64,000 bases of DNA from a virus (lineage: Duplodnaviria; Caudoviricetes): IMG/VR virus record IMGVR_UViG_3300014205_000204, positions 1 through 64,000 of that record; one strand, written 5' to 3'. The position numbers were made by a program, and so were the translations under genes. The stretch's first letter is position 1. Each line of letters starts with the position of its first letter. The notes under the pieces are model-generated. The model made no database searches. It had not been told where the DNA came from and saw only the letters and a list, made by a program, of their open reading frames with translations. This document shows positions 1 through 6,061 of the stretch, one piece after another.

Positions 1-122
1 CCGCGCCCTCCCGCGCCCCCTCCCGCGCCCTCCCGCGCGTCCCGCGCCCTCCCGCGCCATCCCGCGCCATCCCGCGCCATCCCGCGCCATCCCGCGCCAT
101 CCCGCGGCCCCTCCCGCGCCAT
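1..122. repeat. Tandem 10-bp GC-rich repeat (CCCGCGCCAT and variants)
   Basis: About 12 imperfect units. Five exact consecutive CCCGCGCCAT copies at 51-100 and another at 113-122. Confidence 0.95.
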
Positions 123-160
123 CCCCAAAAAATTCCCCAAAAAAATTCCCAAAAAAAAAA
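123..160. repeat. Short CCC(C)-A-tract-TT repeats (3 units)
   Basis: ccccaaaaaattccccaaaaaaattcccaaaaaaaaaa. It reads as U-tracts on the minus strand downstream of the 196-735 ORF. Confidence 0.7.
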
Positions 161-195
161 GAGCCGGCCGCGCCTTGCGACCGACCCCCCCCAGC

Positions 196-735
196 CTACC
201 GCCCGACCGCGCGCATCGCGGCCCTCCCGGCGTCCCGCGGCGCCCTGGAGGCGTCATGGGCGGCCGCGTAGCGGCCCTCCATGGACGCCCAGTCTCTCGC
301 TATGCCCTCGGGGAGTTGCGCACGGCCCGCTGGACGCGCGGCCGGCCACGTCCCCTCGCACATGGACACCGCCTCGCCCATCCCGGCGAGGGCGTGGCGC
401 GACAGCGCCTCCGCCACGTCGCCGATCGGGGCCTCCATCGCGTCCCAGGCGCGGAAGAGCGCGCGGGCCTCGCGGGCCATCGCCTCCGCGGCCCTCCTCG
501 TCGCGAACAGGCCGCGCGCGTCAACGAGCCTGCGCCACTCTCCGCCGCGCGACAGCGGCACGAACGGCATGGCGAGCAGGCGGAGGTGGTACGGCGAGGC
601 CGCGGCGATCGCCGCCACGACCTCCTCGATCCTCACCTCGTCGGCCTCGGCGCGCCGCGCGCCGGCCGTGACCTTCAGCATCGCCTCGTCGTGCGGCGTC
701 ATGACGAGGGCGACGACGTTCTTCTTGTTGCCCAT
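196..735 (-). CDS. Hypothetical protein (~179 aa)
   Basis: ORF 196..843. Start re-called to the ATG at 735 (MGNKKNVV...), which follows an A-rich leader like other genes here. Confidence 0.55.
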   Translation of the reverse strand: MGNKKNVVALVMTPHDEAMLKVTAGARRAEADEVRIEEVVAAIAAASPYHLRLLAMPFVPLSRGGEWRRLVDARGLFATRRAAEAMAREARALFRAWDAMEAPIGDVAEALSRHALAGMGEAVSMCEGTWPAARPAGRAQLPEGIARDWASMEGRYAAAHDASRAPRDAGRAAMRAVGR

Positions 736-885
736 TTTTTTGTTTTTTCCAGGAGTCGGGGCCATTTCGCCCTCCCCCATGCCTTGACCGTATACCCAGT
801 CGCGGGAGGCGGTCAAGCGCACGAAAAAGGGAGGGCGGGCCAAAGCTGGCCTGTCCCTCCCGGTAAGGCGTTGGAGGCGAATCTC

Positions 886-960
886 CTTCAGCAGCGAAGC
901 TTCTTCAGCAGCGAAGCTTCTTCAGCAGCGAAGCTTCTTCAGCAGCGAAGCTTCTTCAGC
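886..960. repeat. Tandem 17-bp repeat CTTCAGCAGCGAAGCTT x4.4
   Basis: Exact copies at 886-902, 903-919, 920-936 and 937-953, plus a partial copy at 954-960. Confidence 0.95.
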
Positions 961-1114
961 CGTGCAGCGTCCTCTTGAGGTGGTCGATGATCTCCACGAC
1001 CAGCTTGTCGTAGTCGTCCTGCCGCGACGGGCCGTAGGCGTTAAGCAGCGCCTCGGCGCGGATGGTCAGCCTCCTCGCCCTCTCGAGTATGATCAGCCTC
1101 TCCATGTCGGTCAT
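956..1114 (-). CDS. Small hypothetical protein (52 aa, MTDMERLII...)
   Basis: ATG at 1114 overlaps the TGA of the upstream small ORF (ATGA coupling). The sequence looks like an amphipathic helix. Confidence 0.6.
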   Translation of the reverse strand: MTDMERLIILERARRLTIRAEALLNAYGPSRQDDYDKLVVEIIDHLKRTLHG

Positions 1115-1257
1115 GGCTTCTCCTTCGGCATTGGGTGGTACGGGTAACCGCAATAGACGCAGGCGTATGCCCTCGGGTCATTCTCCGGGATGACGTGTAT
1201 CCTGACGTGCCTGCGCTTCCTTTTGCAGAAGTCGCAGTATCGGACCGTGAACGACAT
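1111..1257 (-). CDS. Small zinc-ribbon protein (48 aa)
   Basis: Manual translation MSFTVRYCDFCKRKRRHVRIHVIPENDPRAYACVYCGYPYHPMPKEKP has two CxxC pairs. It is below the ORF-track cutoff. Confidence 0.6.
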   Translation of the reverse strand: MSFTVRYCDFCKRKRRHVRIHVIPENDPRAYACVYCGYPYHPMPKEKP

Positions 1258-1258
1258 T

Positions 1259-1369
1259 TCAGTACCTCCTCTTGCACCTGGCGCACTCCATCGTCACCCC
1301 GCCGGTGCCGTTCGGCCTGGCGACGGTGACGCTTGAGCCGCACTCGCATTTTGTTTCCGTCTTTTTCAT
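1259..1369 (-). CDS. Small zinc-ribbon protein (36 aa)
   Basis: Manual translation MKKTETKCECGSSVTVARPNGTGGVTMECARCKRRY (CxC...CxxC). It has an A-rich leader, an upstream promoter, and a stop 1 nt before the next ATG. Confidence 0.55.
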   Translation of the reverse strand: MKKTETKCECGSSVTVARPNGTGGVTMECARCKRRY

Positions 1370-1408
1370 TTTTGTTCGGTGGGTTTTGCCTCTTGCCCCT
1401 CACCGGTA

Positions 1409-1417
1409 AGTATATCA
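1409..1417 (-). promoter_or_regulatory. Extended -10 promoter (TGATATACT)
   Basis: TGn-TATACT upstream of the 1369 start, immediately after a terminator. Confidence 0.55.
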
Positions 1418-1419
1418 CG

Positions 1420-1445
1420 AAAAAAGCGCGTGTGGGCGCGCTTTT
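1420..1445 (-). terminator. Intrinsic terminator (GCGCG stem, U6)
   Basis: AAAAAAGCGCG-TGTGGG-CGCGCTTTT directly after the stop of 1445..1837. Confidence 0.7.
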
Positions 1446-1837
1446 CATTTGGCGTCGGCGTACATGGCCGACATCTCCTCGTATGACCCGTTCCCGGCGC
1501 GCGACATCCTCCGCAGGTACCACGACCCGCCGTCGACGGCCAGGTTGCCGCACCGGCACTTCCTGAAGTCATGGAGGCTGGCGGAAGTGACGGTCTCGCC
1601 GCACTCCAGGCACTTGGCCCGGTTGATCCGCCAGTCGCCGGTGTTCCAGAACTTTCGCTCCTCGGCCGTCATCTCGTCGTGGTCGTGGAATCTGCAGGCG
1701 TAGCACTTGGGGTACTTGCCGCAGTAGCACCGGCGGCCGTCCTCGAGAACCTTGGGGACGAACCCGTCGGGGTCGGCCACGACGGGATGCTCCCGGCCGT
1801 CCTCGCCTGTCACGGTGATGAAATTGCGTGTTTTCAT
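1445..1837 (-). CDS. Phage Cys-rich zinc-binding protein (DUF7695-like C-terminal domain)
   Basis: AKCLECGETVTSASLHDFRKCRCGNLAVDGG matches the common phage CxxC-x9-HD-x3-CxCG-x3-VDGG pattern. There is an extra N-terminal CxC/CxxC. Confidence 0.75.
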   Translation of the reverse strand: MKTRNFITVTGEDGREHPVVADPDGFVPKVLEDGRRCYCGKYPKCYACRFHDHDEMTAEERKFWNTGDWRINRAKCLECGETVTSASLHDFRKCRCGNLAVDGGSWYLRRMSRAGNGSYEEMSAMYADAK

Positions 1838-2099
1838 GTCAGTGATGTTGTTTTGGTTGGTGCATGTTTTGGCGTGAACGGCGGGTGTGCGTGCAATCGA
1901 CGCGCTCTTCTTGAAGATCTTGTGAGCTGGAAGGCACGAATTTAACGTTTCACGGGGGCTTCCACGGAGGTCGTGGCCTTAAGGGTATCATTTGACATTT
2001 ATGGAGTTTTTTTCTGTCCTGGAGCCTCACATGACTTCAGGCGCGATTTTGCCCGGGAATATTCGCCCGGGAGTCTTTTGGTTGTCTCACGCTTTTGGC

Positions 2100-2585
2100 T
2101 TGACGGCGGTTGGACAGGCGACGATTTGGCTCAATGTGAGCAGTGTCACGTCGCATGGGTAAGTCGGCACTTTGTCCCCGATGGCTTGATGCGGTGCCTT
2201 GTTGGCTTCATGGCTTTCGCTCAGCCACCGCTATAGCCACACGTTTTCGGCGTCTACCTATTCCGCCACTGTCCACTCCGCCGTCACGCCGGCCGTCCCG
2301 CGGACGGCCACGTGAGGAGCTAGGCGTTTCCCCCGTTGTGGCACAAGTCTCCGCAATCAATGGAACAACGGCTCTCGGGGGCTTTCTGCCCATGTATATC
2401 TTCGGGCAGGTGATTAGTCTTGCCATGCACGGCCATTTTTGCGGCCGGATTCAGCCCGTGCGCCGGAAGGCGTGACCAAGAGCGGGGTCCTGTAGGAAAG
2501 CCTGGCCGGAAGGCCAGCGGCAGCCTCTAGGATCCAGCCCATGCTTGTCGTGGTCACGCGTGCAGGGGCACGGTACTTGTACCTT
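2100..2585 (-). ncRNA. Candidate large structured ncRNA with tRNA-like core (GOLLD-like)
   Basis: 7-bp acceptor-like stem (2269-2275/2111-2117) extended by a 9-bp helix (2278-2286/2101-2109). D-arm-like UGGCGGAAUAGGUAGACGC and a 6-bp T-stem with UG[insert]CAAAU loop. At least six further perfect 6-8 bp helices upstream, its own promoter, and no credible ORF. Confidence 0.7.
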
Positions 2586-2591
2586 GACTGT

Positions 2592-2620
2592 ACCCTACCG
2601 CGACACCCGCGGGACGTCAA
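2592..2620 (-). promoter_or_regulatory. Sigma70-type promoter TTGACG-17-TAGGGT
   Basis: -35 at 2620-2615, 17-nt spacer, -10 at 2597-2592. It points into the non-coding structured region. Confidence 0.55.
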
Positions 2621-2647
2621 GGGCGCGGATTGCCGCGGGAAGGTGGG

Positions 2648-3187
2648 TCACGTCGTTGCCTTGATCCCGCTGACGACGCACTTGTAGGTTTCTAACCATT
2701 CTGAATGCTCGACGTTATCCTTCACGCTGTCTTTTCCGGCCAGCGTCACGTTCCTGACCACTGACTTTTCCTCGACCGTGGAATTACCGCCGACACTTGA
2801 CCTGATGACGACTGACTTACCGGTGACGATGGCCAACCCGCCGATCGTCGACTTGTCGCACACGATGGCATGGCCACGCAACTTGGACCCATCCGTGGCG
2901 ACCGACTCATCGCACAGCGTTGCTTTCTTCGACAGAATGCATTTTCCTTTCGCGACCGAACCGCCGATGAGGAGTGCATCCTCCCTCACGCTCGATGATT
3001 CGATGGCCTTCGAGTCGTCGAATATCCATGACGTGCCGCCCTGGGACAGGTTATCTGGTCCTTCCACCAGTCCTCCCCTTTCCCCCTTCTTGACCGTCCT
3101 CTTGAGCCTGATGATCGTGAACTCTTCATCGGCCACGATCCTCTTGAGCCCCGTCTTGGCGTCGTCTTCCAAAGTGTATTTCGACAT
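2648..3187 (-). CDS. Left-handed beta-helix (hexapeptide-repeat, YdcK-like) protein
   Basis: KKGERGGLVEGPDNLSQGGTSWIFDDSK followed by hexapeptide-periodic V/I/L repeats. Confidence 0.75.
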   Translation of the reverse strand: MSKYTLEDDAKTGLKRIVADEEFTIIRLKRTVKKGERGGLVEGPDNLSQGGTSWIFDDSKAIESSSVREDALLIGGSVAKGKCILSKKATLCDESVATDGSKLRGHAIVCDKSTIGGLAIVTGKSVVIRSSVGGNSTVEEKSVVRNVTLAGKDSVKDNVEHSEWLETYKCVVSGIKATT

Positions 3188-3228
3188 AATGCAAAAAAGT
3201 TACATGGTGAGTGCTCACCCTCTTTGGA

Positions 3229-3257
3229 ATAGTAGACATTTTGTTTTTTTGCGTCAA
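3229..3257 (-). promoter_or_regulatory. Sigma70-type promoter TTGACG-17-TACTAT
   Basis: -35 at 3257-3252 and -10 at 3234-3229, upstream of the 3187 start. Confidence 0.65.
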
Positions 3258-3396
3258 GACTGTGGAGAAAGTGACTTTTGAAAAATATGCATATAATGAA
3301 CGCGTACGTGCGTGCTTGCGCGTTCTTTCTTCCCACGATTACCCGTGAAGTTATCAAGTGCTGTGATGGTTGGCTCACTGCGTTCGCCAAGACCTG

Positions 3397-3450
3397 ACGG
3401 CTAATGTCCACTTCGCTCCGCTAACGCTACGCTTCGTAGACATTAGCCGT
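3397..3450. other. Perfect 12-bp inverted repeat with CGCT-rich loop
   Basis: ACGGCTAATGTC (3397-3408) / GACATTAGCCGT (3439-3450). Confidence 0.85.
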
Positions 3451-3479
3451 GGTTAAAAGGGCATCATCGGTCTTTTCTT

Positions 3480-4008
3480 TTTACGGAAACCAATCCATTC
3501 TGACGTCAGCTAACTTAGCTGCTCAGATTTAATCTGTTCAGTCTAAGCCGTTATCCAATGCCTACTCTTTTTGAGCCGGTCATCAGATCCCATCTTCAGC
3601 GTTCCACCCAAGCCTTCAATGGCCCGAGCTTCCTCAACTCAAGTTCATGTGCCATAGGTAATTGGTTCCGTATTACAGAATCAAGCCTATGATCTATCCC
3701 AAGTGAGTGCTTCGTGGGGAGGTCGTGGGTACCCGTGGGAGTCTCGTGGGAGAGCTCGGGGACCCTTGAAAGGCCTCTCGCAAATCGTTTGTCAAATGAA
3801 CGACACACCCCTCAACAGGGCCACCCGATAGGCGGTATCGCAAGGCGAAAGTGTGGCTTAAACTGGCAATTTTTCTACGTTGGGTTACTGTCCAACGAAT
3901 ATGGTCTTGGCACTGGCATCGAGGTATTGTTCCCAGCGGCTTGTGCCCACCACTTCCCAAAGATAACTGGTCTTAGCTAAATACGCAAGAGAGTGACCTT
4001 TGGTCCTA
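3480..4008 (-). ncRNA. Candidate large ornate ncRNA (~450-530 nt)
   Basis: ~19-bp terminal helix (3981-3961 with 3556-3537) and ~20-bp internal helix (3776-3753 with 3630-3610), plus several nested hairpins. G-U pairs favour the minus strand. Extended -10 promoter directly upstream; no credible ORF. Confidence 0.65.
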
Positions 4009-4013
4009 ACCAA

Positions 4014-4022
4014 ATTATAGCA
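4014..4022 (-). promoter_or_regulatory. Extended -10 promoter (TGCTATAAT)
   Basis: Perfect TGnTATAAT facing the 3480-4008 non-coding region. Confidence 0.75.
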
Positions 4023-4073
4023 CACGGTTTCACGGAAACGACGGAAACTCGAGTTATGCACATGGGTTGGCTA

Positions 4074-4102
4074 TTGCGCGTTTTTCAGAGGGGGTGTAAG
4101 TT
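4074..4102 (+). promoter_or_regulatory. Possible sigma70-type promoter TTGCGC-17-TAAGTT
   Basis: Divergent from the 4014-4022 promoter. It would give groEL a ~315-nt leader. Confidence 0.4.
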
Positions 4103-4108
4103 TCACTC

Positions 4109-4390
4109 ACGAACACACTTTGACACACCACCCCCGGTGGGCGCGAAACGCCGCGCTGGCAGCCGGGGACCGCGAATGGCCATGGAAGCCGCGCGGATCG
4201 CGGGAGGCGCTCTCCAGGCGCACTGCCCGCGAGAACGCCGCTGGGTTGCAAACTAGCGGCGAAGCGACACCAGACAAGACATTTCCGATATCTGCTTTAA
4301 GCCAAAAAACCCCGGCCGGGTCTGAGTTTGGCTACGTTCAGTGTACCGTTAATTGGTACCCAATAGGCGCTGTGATTTTTCACTGCGCTC
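4109..4390 (+). promoter_or_regulatory. Structured 5' leader (or small ncRNA) upstream of groEL
   Basis: Helices 4132-4137/4163-4168, 4198-4204/4226-4232, 4237-4244/4253-4260, 4301-4306/4327-4332, 4343-4347/4355-4359 and 4367-4375/4380-4388. Confidence 0.5.
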
Positions 4391-4402
4391 TTTGAGTGCT
4401 AA
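4377..4402 (+). promoter_or_regulatory. CIRCE-like element (perfect right half-site GAGTGCTAA)
   Basis: TTTTCACTG-N8-GAGTGCTAA versus the CIRCE consensus TTAGCACTC-N9-GAGTGCTAA, 21 nt before the groEL ATG. Confidence 0.45.
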
Positions 4403-4423
4403 TAAAACATAAAAACATCCATC

Positions 4424-6016
4424 ATGCCTTCTCCCATGGAAACCCGCGTCCTCAGCGACCGCGGGCGCATCAGCCTCATAAACGGAGCCAAGCTTGCCGC
4501 CAGCGTCATCGGGTCCACCATGGGCCCGGCCGGCCGCTACGTGGCCATCGAGTACCGCGGGAACGTGCCGGAGATGACGAAGGACGGCGTCAGCGTCAGC
4601 AGCAAGATATTCCTTCACGACCCGGTCGAGGAGATGGGGAACGAGCTGGTCAAGATGGCCTGCCTCAAGACCCTCGCCAAGACTTCCGACGGGACCACGA
4701 CCACCGCGGTACTCGTGGGTGCCCTCGCCGAGACGCTTTCCGGGGCGATGGACGGCCGGCCGTCCGCCCAGGTGATCGAGGGGGCGAAGCAGGCGGTCAC
4801 GGACGTGCAGGCCAAGGTTCGAGAGGAGAGCGTCCCGTTCAGCCCGGATGACGCCCTCAAGGTGGCGGTGGTTTCCGCGAACTCGAGAGAGCTCGGCACC
4901 CTCGCCTACCAGGCGTTCGACGGTGACTATGACCTTGACGTCCAGGTCGAGCTGTCGAACAGGCCGACGACGGAAGTCTCGGTCTCCCGCGGCCTCCGCA
5001 TACCGGCAGGCTACCATAGCGACAGGTTCGTCAACATGCCCGACATTGGCGCGTGCATCCTCGAGGACGTCGCCGTCCTCGCCTCCGACAGCGTCATTGA
5101 GGACGTCGACAGCGTCACGCCAGCCGTTTCTGCGGTGGCTGTGGCGAGGAACGGCGGTTCCGGCGTCACGCTCCTCGTGGTCGCCGAGGGCTTCTCGGAG
5201 GCCGTGAGCGGCGCGCTTACGCGCTTCGCCTCGCAGGGCATACCGGTGCTGGCGGTCAAGGCCGTGGCCTCCGGGTCACGCTGTCATGAGATATGCGGCG
5301 ACATCGCCGCCTTGGGCGGGGGAGTCGCGTACGGCGACAAGAGCGGGCGCGACATGCGCGACTTCACCCTTGGCACTGCCCCCAGGTTCGGCAGGGTCTA
5401 CGCCAACCGCAACTTCTGCGACGTCATGGGAAGCGGGCACGCCGACAGCGAGGCGGTCAAGACCAGGCTGGCGGCCGCCCAGAAGTCACTTTCCGAGACG
5501 GAATCAGACTTCGAGAAAGCCCATTTCGGCCGGCGCGTCCGCGGCCTGAAGTTCCGGTTCGCCTACCTGTCAGTCGGTGGCGTGTCGGATGCCGAGAGGC
5601 ACGAGAACGGCCAGAGGATCGAGGATGCCGTGGGTGCCGTGAAGGCCGCGATGGTGGGCGGCACAGTGATCGGGTGCGGCCAGGCGCTTTACAACGCCGC
5701 AACCGAGCTCGGTGACCTCAGCGGGATGAATGATGACTTCGCGGCGGGTTATGAGGCCGTGCTGATGGCCTGCGACTCCCCCAGGAGGCAGATACTGCTG
5801 AACGCCGGCCTCTCGGAAGACGAGATCAACGCCCCGTCAGGGGTTGAGATAGACCCGATTACCATGATGCAGACGGATTTCAGGCTGAAAGGCATTCTTG
5901 ATCCGACTGAAGTGCCGTGCGTTGCGCTCGAGAACGCCGTTTCGGTGGCGATTCTGATCGCCAACACGCTGTTTTCGGTCTCTTACATGGACCGAGTGGG
6001 TCCATACGCGAAATAA
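4424..6016 (+). CDS. groEL: Group I chaperonin, GroEL-like
   Basis: TMGPAGRYVAI, TKDGVSV, SDGTTTTAVL and RIEDAVGA (D398 equivalent). 530 aa, without a GGM tail. Confidence 0.92.
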   Translation: MPSPMETRVLSDRGRISLINGAKLAASVIGSTMGPAGRYVAIEYRGNVPEMTKDGVSVSSKIFLHDPVEEMGNELVKMACLKTLAKTSDGTTTTAVLVGALAETLSGAMDGRPSAQVIEGAKQAVTDVQAKVREESVPFSPDDALKVAVVSANSRELGTLAYQAFDGDYDLDVQVELSNRPTTEVSVSRGLRIPAGYHSDRFVNMPDIGACILEDVAVLASDSVIEDVDSVTPAVSAVAVARNGGSGVTLLVVAEGFSEAVSGALTRFASQGIPVLAVKAVASGSRCHEICGDIAALGGGVAYGDKSGRDMRDFTLGTAPRFGRVYANRNFCDVMGSGHADSEAVKTRLAAAQKSLSETESDFEKAHFGRRVRGLKFRFAYLSVGGVSDAERHENGQRIEDAVGAVKAAMVGGTVIGCGQALYNAATELGDLSGMNDDFAAGYEAVLMACDSPRRQILLNAGLSEDEINAPSGVEIDPITMMQTDFRLKGILDPTEVPCVALENAVSVAILIANTLFSVSYMDRVGPYAK

Positions 6017-6023
6017 AAGAGCA

Positions 6024-6049
6024 AAAACCCGCGATTTTTCGCGGGTTTT
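6024..6049 (+). terminator. Intrinsic terminator after groEL
   Basis: AAAACCCGCGA-TTTT-TCGCGGGTTTT. Confidence 0.75.
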
Positions 6050-6061
6050 GTGTTTTCTACG

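Noticed and set aside
886-960. CRISPR array
   Set aside because: The repeats are directly adjacent with no spacers, and no cas genes are present.
2110-2275. Canonical tRNA-Leu gene (or tRNA with a group I intron)
   Set aside because: There is no anticodon stem-loop, the T-loop is interrupted and there is no CCA. The ~95-nt interior is too short and lacks group I P/Q/R/S motifs. Kept as a tRNA-like ncRNA instead.
1973-2620. Short ORFs listed in the track (1973..2236, 2143..2475, 2208..2426, 2414..2620)
   Set aside because: They have no protein-like motifs or A-rich leader and overlap each other on both strands. The base-pairing pattern explains the region better.
3259-3270. DnaA box (TGTGGAGAA)
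   Set aside because: A single 8/9 match next to a promoter is expected by chance.
3545-3640. RNase P RNA (GAGGAAGCUCGG ... CGGCUUA resemblance on minus strand)
   Set aside because: The two motifs are only ~90 nt apart and in the wrong context. The P4 bulge is misplaced, and both segments pair better in other helices.
4132-4168. c-di-GMP-I riboswitch (UGGCAGCCGG resemblance)
   Set aside because: It lacks the GCAAA and CUAA conserved elements and the two-stem arrangement.
3596-4395. Short ORFs listed in the track (3596..3808, 3694..3960, 3714..3980, 3993..4256, 4120..4395)
   Set aside because: They lack this phage's codon bias and leaders and are most likely chance ORFs within structured RNA.
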